Below, one piece after another: positions 1 through 11,816 of a stretch of DNA of 64,000 bases (positions are counted from its first letter, which is position 1; every line of letters begins with the position of its first letter). The position numbers and the translations under genes were made by a program. The DNA comes from Octopus vulgaris (lineage: Eukaryota). The DNA lies in the NCBI GenBank assembly GCA_951406725.2, contig OX597835.1:14880001-14944000 (forward strand), read 5' to 3'. Below the pieces are notes generated by a model. That model was given only the letters and a program-made list of their open reading frames with translations. It did not search any database and was not told the origin of the DNA.

Positions 1-433
1 AGAAATGGGTCTCAGTTTTGGAATGCTAAAAGAGATTACGGGGAAAGAACAATAATGTTGAGAAGCCAAACGATTGTGTTAATAAGTAGAAAACTCAACA
101 CGCAAAAAGCAGAGAATATAGTGGAATAATAATAATAATAATAATATATATATATTTTTAACGGAATGTATAGAATCCGGTGTGTGTGTATGCGTGCGTG
201 TAGAATGTTATTGAATAAATAATTAAAGTAAAATATTTAATATTCTAAACTGGCAACAAAGAGCAGAGAGTGGGGAAAATGAAAATTTTTAATAATCTGT
301 TCAATAGATGTTCAATGCATTCGTCTTTGAGATCATTTGGAATTGAAGATCAATACGAGAACAAATAGACGAAGTGAAATGGTAGTAGTAGTAATATATC
401 GGTTCACAGAGAAGAGGGTGACTGTACTACATG

Positions 434-812
434 TGGAAGCACTCCGTCGGTTACGACGACGAGGGTTCCGGTTGATCCGATCAACGGAACAGCCTGCTCG
501 TGAAATTAACGTGTAAGTGGCGGAGCACTCCACAGACACATGTACCCTTAACGCAGTTCTCGGGGATATTCAGCGTGACACAGACAGTGACAAGACCGGC
601 CCTTTGAAATACAGGTACAACAGAAACAGGAAGTAAGAGTGAGAGGTTTTGGTGAAAGAGTACAGCAGGGATCACCACCATCCCTGCCGGAGCCTCGTGG
701 AGCTTTTAGGTGTTTTCGCTCAATAAACACTCACAACTCTCGGTCTGGGAATCGAAACCGCGATCCTACGACCGCGAGTCCGCTGCCCTAACCACTGGGC
801 CATTGCGCCTCC
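434..812 (-). mobile_element. tRNA-derived SINE, group A1, full length
   Basis: Minus strand starts GGAGGCGCAATGGCCCAGTGGTTAGGGCAGCGG (A box) with GGTTTCGATTCC (B box) and ends GGAGTGCTTCCA; imperfect TSD ACTGTACTACAT (421-432) / ACTGTATTACAT (815-826); near-identical to copies at 9554, 27653, 29105, 60352. Confidence 0.92.
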
Positions 813-864
813 ACACTGTATTACATAACACATTAACTAATATTCTTTTCTACTCTAGCCACAA

Positions 865-957
865 GTGCTGGCGTGGATTCATTCGTTCGACTAAAAATTC
901 AAGGCGGTGCCCCAGCATGGCCGCAGTCTAATGACTGGAACAAGTAAAAGAGAAGAG
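865..957 (+). mobile_element. SINE group C 3' tail fragment
   Basis: CGACTAAAAATTCAAGGCGGTGCCCCAGCATGGCCGCAGTCTAATGACTGGAACAAGTAAAAGAG matches the tail of C copies (e.g. 18900-18975). Confidence 0.8.
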
Positions 958-1034
958 AAATCCGAAATAATAGGAATTTTTTTTATCTTCGTAGAATGGC
1001 ATTGGAGGGTTCAACCGAACAGAATTGGAAACAA

Positions 1035-1072
1035 AGGGATCCATAGGCAAAAAAATGGTTCGAGAACCACTG
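1035..1072. mobile_element. probable hAT (Charlie/MER5-like) terminal remnant
   Basis: AAAAAATGGTTCGAGAACCACTG resembles hAT MITE ends (AAAAGGTTGAGAACCACTG); other end not found. Confidence 0.35.
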
Positions 1073-1202
1073 CTACAATAGAAATATTGTCGTTATTTAA
1101 TTCGTTAACATTTGACCAATTAATTAGTTAATTGCTTGCTTAATGAATCGTTCTGTCATTCATTAGTGGCATAATGACCCTCCCGAGATTCAACAAAGTC
1201 AG

Positions 1203-1418
1203 TTCTTTTCAACTCTAGGCACAAGGCCTGAAATTTTTGGGGAGGGGGCCAATCGATTAGATTGACTCCAGTAAGCAACTGGTACTTAATTTATCGAACC
1301 CGGAAAGGATGAAAGGCAAAATCGACCTCGGCGGAATTTGAATTCAGAACGAAGCGGTAGACGAAATACCGCTAAGCATTTCGCCCGGCATGCTAACGTT
1401 TCTGCCAGATCGCCGCCT
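1203..1418 (-). mobile_element. SINE group B, B2 tail, monomer
   Basis: Minus head GGCGGCGATCTGGCAGAAACGTTAGC, core GAGGTCGATTTTGCCTTTCATCC, tail CCCCAAAAATTTCAGGCCTTGTGCCTAGAG. Confidence 0.88.
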
Positions 1419-2939
1419 TCATAACACATAATTAATAGCGATATTGCTAGATATACATTGGATAGCACTAGTTTTAGCGTAATCTCATTTTAAAGTGCGG
1501 GAGGGATGTCCATAGGTTGAAAAATTAAGGATAAATTATTCCAAGCCTTAGAGATTGTATAATTGATATAACAACACTCGGGAGATTTTTATACGCGTGA
1601 GCTTATTCATGTTTTTAATTCGATGGAATTAATGTGTGTATTTAAGAAGGAAGCCGTGCGATTTAGTTTTCGAAAGATTTACAGTTGGTATTTTCGAAAA
1701 GATTATCAAATGCATATACCTAAAAAGACACATAACCAAATATCGGGCTCGGTAGTGAGTTTCACACTCCATTCCAGTATAGTACGACACGGGGCATCAA
1801 CCTTGAGACTGGCTCGTATCCTTCATACTAGCCTAATAATAAAACAGAAAACGAGTATCGGACGTACACGCGTTTCAGCAAAACATCGAAATAATTACAT
1901 AACAGTTGTATAAACATTATGTAATCTTGCACTCGAGTTCATCAGTGTCCTGCAGTATATATTGGGGATTTTGATGAAACAGGTGTATGTTTTACGAAGC
2001 ATTGAATATCAACTGTTTTCAGACCCACTCTCTTTCTCTCTTCATGTGTGTGTGTGTGTGTGTGCGATTTCGCTTAGGGATAGCAAAACTAATAACCAGT
2101 TCTTAGAACTCCATATGTTTTAACGAAAAGCATTAGGCGAGAGACAAGATAACAGGAGTTATGTAATCCCCTTCGTTCGCTTAGAGCTGCTTCTTCTATA
2201 AGAAATAGTACACTAACAGTGGATTGTTCATACAACGTCCTATTGCTTCCTCTGATCCCCCCACACACACCATGGCTTATTAAAATGTTATTGACCACTC
2301 GTCGACTTATATTCCCTATTTTTTATATTTAGATATATTTTCTCTTACTTGCAAATGCATTTGATTTTGATTGTATTTTGTTGTTTTTTGGGTTTTGTTT
2401 TGGATTAATCGTAAGTTTAATTTGATAATATACAACAAAAGCCATTGAGGAAAAGCTGATGAACTAAAACAAGAGAAAGTTATCGGCTGCTATCAGCTGA
2501 GGAAAAGATCAATCGAGAAGTGCCACGGGTCTTTCCGTATTAATAACCAAACAGTTACTAACAGAATCCAACGGTATATTGAAGGACACTTCTGAGAGAA
2601 AGAAGAAATCTAGGAAATTGCCGAAAGCTCCTGAGAAAGCATCGAAGGCGAATAAGAGAGAAGTTATCAAGCATCAACTGGCAGTTGTTAGAGAGGTTAC
2701 AAATTCTATGGAATGTCGCCATTTTGTATAAGATCAGAATTGGAAGACCTTAGAGATATGAATGAAGTAGAATTACAAGAAAGAACTCGGTGCTTTCCAA
2801 AGCTAATAAGATTAAAAGATTCGGTTGTTCTAAAGAACTTTGCCCCAGTGAAAAATAAATTTTGTTGTGAATAATCCTAAGTCTTGCACAAGTCTCGCTG
2901 TTTTGAAGGGAAGGATAATCGATCGCATCACTTCCAATG

Positions 2940-3085
2940 CTAAGGAGGTCCTTGTTTTATCGGCCCCGAAACGATGAAAGGTAAACTCGACCTCGGCAGT
3001 GTTAGAACTCACTACGTAAAGAGTCGAAAGAAATGCTGCTAAGCATTTTGGTTGGTGTGGTAATGATTCAGCCGGTTCGGCGCCA
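2940..3085 (-). mobile_element. degenerate SINE group B
   Basis: CCCCGAAACGATGAAAGGTAAACTCGACCTCGG...GCTAAGCATTTT. Confidence 0.7.
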
Positions 3086-3420
3086 AATTTAGGTTACAAA
3101 TAATACGGTCTAATGAAAGGAAATCCTATTTTTCTCCCGCCCTCGTTGCAGTTAAATCCATGCCTGATTCAAAGTAACTAAAACGTGAAAGCGAGATTAT
3201 TTATCAGGAACGTTTTAAGATGGAGGTGTTGAAATGTATTGCATGTTTGGTGGCGGCTCAGTTTGGATGATAGGCAGATTGGTTCTCATAGGTATCACTA
3301 GGTTAAAAAAGCACTCACAATCGAATATAAAATCTCCAAAATAGGTTGCTAAAAGAACCAGATCTAATCCAGTCGGATATATAGCAGAACATGTTGGAAC
3401 GGGATCGTCGAAAATGAAAC

Positions 3421-3833
3421 CCATTTCTTTATTACCCACAAGGGGCTAGACATAGAGGGGACAAACAAGGACAGACATAGGTATTAAGTCGATTACATCG
3501 ACCCCAGTGCGTAACTGGTACTTAATTTATCGATCCCGAAAGGATGAAAGGTAAAGTCGACCTCGGCGGAATTTGAACTCAGAACGCAGCGACGGACGAA
3601 ATACCAATTTCTTTATTACCCACAAGGGGCTAAACACAGACAGGACAAACAAGGATAGACATAGGTATTAAGTCGATTACATCGACCCCAGTGCGTAACT
3701 GGTACTTAATTTATCGATCCCGAAAGGATGAAAGGTAAAGTCGACCTCGGCGGAATTTGAACTCACAACGTAACGGCAGACGAAATACCGCTAAGCATTT
3801 TGCCCGACGTGCTAACGTTTCTGCCAGCTCGCC
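3421..3833 (-). mobile_element. SINE group B1 dimer (one head plus two ~185 bp units)
   Basis: ATTTCTTTATTACCCACAAGGGGCT...GACGAAATACC occurs twice; head ends CTGCCAGCTCGCC. Confidence 0.9.
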
Positions 3834-4254
3834 GAAACCAGTTATGGAGATGAGAAGAGTAGTAACCAAGACTAGTGAAACATGAATCGGTTTATCATTG
3901 ATAATTTAATCTAATTTAATCAAATCCAAGCCTAATTCAATGAAACCCACGGTATTAGCTGAAGAAGATCTGCAAAACTAAGATATTCTACTTATTTTCA
4001 ATAATCTCTTAATGTTGTGTTCTGTTAGACTACCAAGAAACTTATTGCAAATGTTATTTATGTAAGGAATAGGTTGAGAGTGACATCGAAGTTCGAGCTC
4101 ATTTTCGACTCTAAGACTGACGAGTGCAACTTCCAAGTCACTCTAGTCTTCTTCCACGTGCAAAAAATGTCATACTCTACTGTAATGTATTGAGTGATCC
4201 TTCAATTCAAGTTAGGCTGTCTCTCAACTATATTAATACAGAAAAACAAAAATT

Positions 4255-4520
4255 TATATACACACACATATATATATACACAAATGTATACATATTTAGT
4301 CAAATGTATATATATATATGCATCTATATATATATATATATATATACATACACAAAGAAATGCATAAATATATATATGTGTATATGTATAATAATCTTTT
4401 ATATAATACATATATATATATATGGATGTATATGTATATATGCATTATATACCAATATATACGTACACATATTCGTGTACAAATACATATAGACCTACAC
4501 ACACACACACACAAATATAT
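4255..4520. repeat. degenerate (TA)n/(CA)n microsatellite
   Basis: Seen directly. Confidence 0.9.
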
Positions 4521-5481
4521 GAGAGTGTTGAGATAAATATAATAGGTTAAAAGAAATAAAATCCATTAAGGCAATTTTTTTGAAACCTATATGTTATTCA
4601 TTTTATTTTTATGTGCGATTGGAGGAACTATACAGTCCAATCAATATGAAGATAAATAACAGCCTCGCAACCGTAGATATATACCACCGACATTAAACAG
4701 AGTTTCATACGAGAAAACATCATGTCGGCAGCGTTTCTAGCGCAAAACACAGTCACTGCCACTCTCCAAACGTACGACATTCATGTAAGCAAATACCAGA
4801 ATATTGCAATATATATTTTTTTAATTTCTTGTAGCAGAAACTAATATTTACTTGAATCACTCAAAAAAATCTAGAGAACGATGCATAAATATGACACTAT
4901 CTGAATCTCATTATGTCTTAATAGTTCATCCAATTTATACCACAATTATTTACTTTGCCAACAACAGTAGCAGCAACGACATCGATAAGAGTAATGTAAG
5001 CAACGTAAAGGATATTACGCATATCTGTAAACATAGCATGGCAGCCATGTTAGATTTCACTCTGGTTGTTTTTTTCTTTGCTAATCTCTTGGCGAAACTC
5101 GAATATGTGATATGTTTATTATATAACTTATGCAAAGTTATTGGTGATTTATCATTACTATAAACGATAATAAATCACACAGAAGTGGGAAAGCGTGGAT
5201 AGAATTATTGAACTCACATAAACATTCGCTCAAACACGTACACATTTATGCAGTCAATACGCGTAATGGAAACAAAGCGATAACAACTTTCCAGTTATGA
5301 CAACTTTAGAAATATTAGCTTAAATTTGAACTTGAAATTTTTTTTTAAGAAACTTGAAGTATCCGTAAGTGAATTTTAAAGAAGACAAAGATGATATCTC
5401 TCAGAGTCTATGATTTAACAATTTCTTACATTAGTTTTTAGTCTATTATTACCTACCCGTCAAGTGACAGATTGTTTGGTA

Positions 5482-5876
5482 TACTCTTTTTCTCTTTTAC
5501 TTGTTTCAGTCATTTGACTGCGGCCATGCTGGAGCACCGCCTTTAGTCGAGCAAATCGATACCAGTACTTATTCTTTGTAAGCCCAATATTTATTCTATC
5601 GGTCTCTTTTGCCGAACCGCTAAGTGACGGAGACGTAAACACACCAGCATCGGTTGTCAAGCAATGCTAGGGGGACAAACACAGACACACAAAACACACA
5701 CATATACATATATATATATACGACAAGGCTTCTTTCAGTTTCTGTCTACCAAATCCACTCACAAGGCATTGGTCGGCCCGGGGCAATAGCAGAAGACACT
5801 TGCCCAAGATGCCACACAGTGGGACTGAACCCGGAACCATGTGGTTGGTTAGCAAGCTACTTACCCACACAGCCAC
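5482..5876 (-). mobile_element. SINE group C, near full length
   Basis: Minus: GTGGCTGTGTGGGTAAGTAGCTTGC...GGGTTCAGTCCCAC (B box)...CTTGGGCAAGTGTCTT (CORE-like), internal TA/TG repeat, tail CAGCATGGCCGCAGTCAAATGACTGAAACAAG. Confidence 0.9.
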
Positions 5877-6440
5877 ATAATTTTTTGCCGTTGTGGCTAA
5901 TATGCAAATAACAGGTTTTTATATAAATTTCCAGCTTATTACCCATCAAATGATGGGTAACGTTAGAAATATACTTTTGTCATTTTGGCTGATGTACAAA
6001 TATTTATAAATAGAAATAAATCTTATATATTAATTACTAGCTTACTACCTGTCACGTGGTGCATTACAGTTAATAATATACTTTTACAATTGTGGCTAAT
6101 ATCACGTGGTGCTACGCAGGTTACAATAAATACAATTTTTTAAAATTACGGTTACAAAATATCATGGCGTCAATATTGAAATGAAAGCTATATTCCAAAA
6201 TATAAACACTCATAATTAAAATATTAAAACAGATGTTTGTACAGTAGGAACATATGTTTTCAATTCAAACTAGCAAGCTTGCAGTTGCTGGTGGATATTT
6301 TCTACAGGTGAGGCGCAAATACACAGGTATCTAGATTTAACAATTCCTCCACCGCAGCTAAACGATTTTCGTCTGTCTCTGATTTTCGGTGTTTCTTTGC
6401 ACTTTGCATCTACGCGAAATGCTTTCTTGAGACAAATACC

Positions 6441-7225
6441 TATTTCTTTATTACCCACAAGGGGCTAAACATAGAGGGGACAAACAAGGACAGACATAGG
6501 TATTAAGTCGATTACATCGCCCCCAGTGCGTAACTGGTACTTAATTAATCGACCCCGAAAGGATGAAAGGCAAAGTCGACCTCGGCGGAATTTGAACTCA
6601 CAACGTAACGGCAGATGAAATACCTATTTCTTTATTACCCACAAGGGGCTAAACACAGAGCGGACAAACAAGGACAGACATAGGTATTAAGTCGATTATA
6701 TCGACCCCCAGTGCGTAACTGGTACTTAATTAATCGACCCCGAAAGGATGAAAGACAAAGTCGACCTCGGCGGAATTTGAACTCACAACGTAACGGCAGA
6801 CGAAATACCTATTTCTTTATTACCCACAAGGGGCTAAACATAGAGGGGACAAACAAGGACAGACATAGGTATTAAGTCGATTACATCGACCACAGTGCGT
6901 AACTGGTACTTAATTTATCGACCCCGAAAGGATGAAAGGCAAAGTCGACCTCGGCGGAATTTGAACTCAGAACGTAACGGCAGACGAAATGCCTATTTCT
7001 TTATTACCCACAAGGGGCTAAACACAGAGGAGACAAACAAGGACAGAGATAGGTATTAAGTCGATTACATCGACCCCCAATGCGTAACTGGTACTTAATT
7101 AATCGACCCCGAAAGGATGAAAGGCAAAGTCGACTTCGGCGGAATTTGAACTCAGAACGTAACGGCGGACGAAATACCGCTAAGCATTTCGCCCGGCGTG
7201 CTAACGCTTCTGCCAACACGCCGCC
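6441..7225 (-). mobile_element. SINE group B1 tetramer with one head, flanked by a 14-bp TSD
   Basis: Units start at 6441, 6625, 6810, 6994 (184-185 bp); TSD TTGAGACAAATACC at 6427-6440 and 7226-7239. Confidence 0.93.
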
Positions 7226-7661
7226 TTGAGACAAATACCGCAGTAGAGCGTCTTTCCGCGATGTATCCACATTAAATAAGAAATACAATATTAAAACTAT
7301 TGCAAATATATCATCCATCTGATACTGCCAATCGTATTTGTCGTATGACAGGTTACACTTTTACTTAATAAGATGAGAATTCCTTTGGGCAATGGAAAAC
7401 AAACAGAAAGAGAGTGATAGAAGAAAATACTTCCGATTTAATTAATAACTCTTAAGGCTAATGACATTAGGGTAAGTTAATTGTCAATAAAACTCTGCAA
7501 ATTGTGTAGCAGAACAGAAAACGTATGCTCGAGCGTAAAATGGATAAGAAATGCGTTCCTTGTTTCCTGAGAAGATTTATTCTATCGGTCTCTTTCACTG
7601 CTGATTACGAGAGCGTATACAAACATCAGTTGTCAAGCGGAAGGAGGACAAACACAAAGAT

Positions 7662-7700
<39 letters not shown>

Positions 7701-7815
7701 TACACATATACACACACATACATATACATATACACACACACACACATACACATATACATATACACACACACACATATACACACACATACATATACATATA
7801 CACACACACACATAT

Positions 7816-7846
<31 letters not shown>

Positions 7847-7989
7847 CACATATACATATACACACACACACACACACACACATATACATATACACACACA
7901 CACACACATATACATATACACACACACACACACACACACATATACATATACACACACACACACATATACATATACACACACATATACAC

Positions 7990-8050
<61 letters not shown>

Positions 8051-8056
8051 TATACA

Positions 8057-8090
<34 letters not shown>
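7662..8090. repeat. compound (CA)n/(TA)n microsatellite following a SINE C fragment (about 7575-7661)
   Basis: Seen directly; source of the HT/CV-rich spurious ORFs. Confidence 0.95.
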
Positions 8091-8725
8091 ATTTTGTGTA
8101 ATTTAAACAAGAAAAAATGAACGAAGAGTTTATTGAGAGTGGCCAATGGCATGTTTCTGAACAACATAGACAAATACAGGCGCATCAAATATAACATATA
8201 ACACACTTGATTTATTAAAATTATCTCAGCCCCGAGAGCATGTATCATAATTATCACTCACTCACACATGGATAAATAACTTTTTAATACGTTCCGAATG
8301 TTATACGTGTTGCTGATAATTTGTTATCGACCTGGCAAACATCAGTACACAACAGCAAATAATTTGTTTGCAGAAATGCATCAACAAAAACCCCACAATT
8401 CTTGTTTAGTTTTCAGAGATCTGGAAGTAGTTTTGAGTGAAGAGACAAAGTCGAAACAATGGTGTCTCAAAATTTTCCCATGTCATTGAATCGAATTTGT
8501 TCCCAACACAGTACCTAAGCGCTGTTCTATTTTTTGCCTTCAGAGTAAATCCTCTCCGAAGGCAAAGTACTACACCCGCTTAGACTTATACAAGTCAAAA
8601 TCCGCCAGCATTTGTTAAGAATGAATATGAACATCGTTGCCGTGATGATTAGTCAACTACTAAAGTAGTATTCGATCCAAATTTTCCATAGACACTAGAA
8701 TGGTTTTCTGCAATTGTTAATCTGG

Positions 8726-8760
<35 letters not shown>

Positions 8761-9553
8761 TTCAATTGAAGCAATTTTTAGAAAATTCTATACTGTGTCA
8801 ACCCAATAATCTAAGGTATCTAATCTTGATTATCGTATAACAAACAATATCACATTATTTCGAATTGACAGTTACTTTGAATTCAATAAGAGTCTCGATG
8901 TAATCCACGTGTGTTGCTATCCTTTTAAGGTTATTGATTAAAATATTTTATCATCTCTTTGCTACTATTTACATACCTCAGAACAAGTTCGATTATTCAA
9001 ACTTTCGCTGCGTTTATATTTGAGAAAACTTCAGAAATTTTCAGATCTATCATATTGTTTTCCGAGAATAAGACAAAAATCAATTGCATGGTGACATCGA
9101 TCCCGAGGCAGGTGATTGTAACATTTGCTTTGTAATTGAACACAGAATAATCCAAGTTTCTTTACTCATGTTCTTCGAGACACACCGGTTCGTCCTTGTT
9201 CCTTCTGAGATTCTATTTACAGCTTCACATCTTCCGAACTATATATACACAGTTATACTTACACGCACGTATACGCGTGTGTGTATACAATTATATTTAC
9301 AAGCTATGTATAGACATGAGTGTATACATACGAAAACGTGAATTCTTATGTTCGACTGTTTCTTTTCATTTACGCATGCGTATGTGTTCGATATTGCACG
9401 CAGCTCAACAAGTTCAAGTGAGTATAAAGGAGTTTGGGGTCTGCATCTCGAGCGTGCACGAAGCTTCCTGCTTCGTACACATGGAAAAATGTCTATTTGT
9501 GATGATTGTCATGTCTGTATCTCGAGTGGGGTTGCTACTACACACACGCTAAT

Positions 9554-9936
9554 GGGAAGCACTCCGTCGGTTACGACGACGAGGGTTCCGGTTGATCCGA
9601 ATCAACGGAACAGCCTGCTCGTGAAATTAACGTGTAAGTGGCTGAGCACTCCACAGACACGTGTACCCTTAACGTAGTTCTCGGGGATATTCAGCGTGAC
9701 ACAGAGAGTGACAAGGCCGGCCCCTTGAAATACAGGTACAACAGAAACAGGAAGTAAGAGTGAGAGAAAGTTGTGGTGAAAGCGTACAGCAGGGATCACC
9801 ACCATCCCCTGCCGGAGCCTCGTGGAGCTTTAGGTGTTTTCACTCAATAAACACTCACAACGCCCGGTCTGGTAATCGAAACCGCGATCCTATGACCGCG
9901 AGTCCGCTGCCCTAACCACTGGGCCATTGCGCCTCC
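9554..9936 (-). mobile_element. SINE group A1, full length
   Basis: Perfect 14-bp TSD ACACACACGCTAAT at 9540-9553 and 9937-9950. Confidence 0.95.
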
Positions 9937-10042
9937 ACACACACGCTAATATTCTGGGTAGCACCCATAAGGGCCACTCGACTGATAGGCATTATTCCAT
10001 CACTAACGAATGCACTCCAGCTTCTGGTCTATAAACATGCTA

Positions 10043-10077
<35 letters not shown>

Positions 10078-10447
10078 CCGGCCCGCGCGCGCACCGACGC
10101 GACGGCGAGCCCGAAGCCGTGACTATAAAAGACCCTTACTCAGAGCTGCGTGGTCTCATATATGCACACGTCTCCCCATTAATTGTCATCCCTGTCGCGA
10201 CCAGCCCCGCCTTACTCCACACAAACCGTTATGCCCAAATCTTCATACCCAGAACATCGGTTCCCTGGAATTTCCTGCGAATGTTGATCTACAATAGTTT
10301 AAACGGAGCATTAATGCCACCCCACGAGCTAGTCTCTGAGGGTCTACAACAGCCGTAGACTCTGCCCCTTTCTCTATACTCGACAAGTTAAAAAGAACTT
10401 CTAAATACTAACATTGGTTTCAACTTTTAGTACAAAGCCAGCAATTT

Positions 10448-10710
10448 AGGCGCATGGCTTAGTGGTTAGAGCAGCCGACTCGCGGTTGAGGAGATGGTGG
10501 GTTCGAATCTCAGACCGGACGATATGTGTATTTATGAGTGAATCACCTAATCTCCACGCGGCTCCGGCAGAAGATAATGGCGAACTTCTGCTGACTCTTT
10601 CACCACAAATTTCTCGCATTCTTTCCTCCTGCATCTAGCAGCTCACCTGTGGTGGACCAGCGTCCCATCCAGGTGGGAAACCTATACGCCGATGAAACCG
10701 GGAAACCGAG
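10448..10710 (+). mobile_element. tRNA-derived SINE with an A1-like head/middle and a different tail
   Basis: GGCGCATGGCTTAGTGGTTAGAGC...GGTTCGAATC, CTCCACGCGGCTCCGGCAG...CTCTTTCACCACAA shared with A1, then CTGTGGTGGACCAGCGTCCCATCCAGG...GAAACCGGGAAACCG. Confidence 0.8.
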
Positions 10711-10980
10711 AAATGCTGCAAAGCATTTTGTCTGGCGTGTTAACGATTCTGCCAGCTCACCGCCTTAAGAATAATAATGGTTACAAATTTTGGCATAAAG
10801 CCACCAAGCTCGGGAGAGGAGGTAAGTCGATTACATTGACCCCAGTGTTCAACTGGTACTTATTTTATCAACCCCGAAAGGATGAAAATCAAAGTCGACC
10901 TCGGTGGAATTTGAACTCGGAACGCAACGACGGTCGAAATGCTAGTCGACGTGCTAACAATTCTGCCAGCTCACCGCCTT
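10711..10980 (-). mobile_element. degenerate SINE group B2 copies separated by (AAT)n
   Basis: TTCTGCCAGCTCACCGCCTTAAG occurs twice; core GGATGAAAATCAAAGTCGACCTCGG. Confidence 0.75.
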
Positions 10981-11708
10981 AAGAGTAATGTTAATGCTTC
11001 ATTCATGCCCGAAGGATTTCTCTTTATCAGAATCCACAAACAAGAAACAGGTATTCGTCTTTTAGCTATATAATGATACTATTTAGCAACAATAAGATGT
11101 ATTGTTGTTCTTGTTGTTGATTAGGACCTTGTCAATTCTGAGCTTGCAAACCTGACCTAGCAACGATCACCTCAGCATCTTTTTCTTTTTGTTTCAGAGC
11201 TTATCCAAATAAGACAACATTATAGTCTGTCTACTTCTAAGACACTACAGTGTAATACGAGGGAAATACGGCTATTATTTCTAACATATTTTTAGCGGTG
11301 ATTTTTTGAAGTGGAAGCCAGCCTACATTATGGAAGTTGGTTTGCTACTGTTTCCGTTGAGCGATGAAATCACTTTTTAAATTTTATATTGCAATTAGTA
11401 AAAGATAGCGTTATTGCTTGCAGATTTACAGAGGTCAATCACAAGGTCAGTGCATCTGTGACAGCAGAAGTTAATAAGAGTATAACGGCTTTAGGTCTTG
11501 TTGTTTTTGTTTTTTTATTACCGATGTACAGATTTATGCAGACGCGGGCGATCTTTGCTTTTTTGATACAAATAACTGCAAGATTACTAATGAAACCAAT
11601 CCAATATGGGAAAAAAATATAAAAATAAACATCGCTATCCCGAGTAAACGAATGAATGAATATGTAAATGCTTTAAAGTCACTTATTAAAAATCGTTATT
11701 TAACACAA

Positions 11709-11816
11709 GGCAGCGGGCTGTCAGAATGGTTATCACACCAGGTATAGTGGTAAGCAGTATTTCGTCCATCGTTACATTCTGAGTTCAAATACCGTCGAAG
11801 TTGACTTTCCTTTCAT
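11709..11816 (+). mobile_element. 5' half of an older SINE B, interrupted by the B1 array (3' remnant at about 12674-12715)
   Basis: GGCAGCGGGCTGTCAGAATGGTTA...GAGTTCAAAT...GTTGACTTTCCTTTCAT; tail remnant CCCCACCCCTTGAAATGTCAAGCCTTGTACC. Confidence 0.7.

Larger units (their letters stand above)
2445..3980 (+). pseudogene. heavily decayed Tc1-family transposase, interrupted by SINE B insertions
   Basis: Frameshifted translations: N-terminal HTH-like GKADELKQEKVIGCYQ...QTVTNRIQRY/SERKKKSRKLPK...KREVIK (2449-2710); CCAGATCTAATCCAGTC at about 3358-3374 resembling SPDLNPIE; LIKSKPNSMKPTVLAEEDLQN* at about 3916-3981 resembling the Tc1 C-terminus LIESMPRRIxAVIxAxGGxTKY. Recognised by eye, no alignment run. 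Confidence 0.55.

Noticed and set aside
328-350. bantam-like miRNA (TGAGATCATT...)
   Set aside because: Only the first 10 nt match and the surrounding hairpin is weak
481-681. Recurrent ORF MVVIPAVLFHH... (481, 9602, 27701, 29236, 60484)
   Set aside because: Recurs only because it lies inside SINE A1; no evidence of coding selection
6441-7225. CRISPR-like or retrozyme-like regular repeats
   Set aside because: No unique spacers, eukaryotic context, and no hammerhead core on either strand of the unit
7525-8257. His/Thr- and Cys/Val-rich ORFs (also at 17.4-18.1, 20.4-21.0, 26.3-26.7, 38.2-38.6, 50.3-51.0 and 57.8-58.2 kb)
   Set aside because: Microsatellite read-through; no domain content
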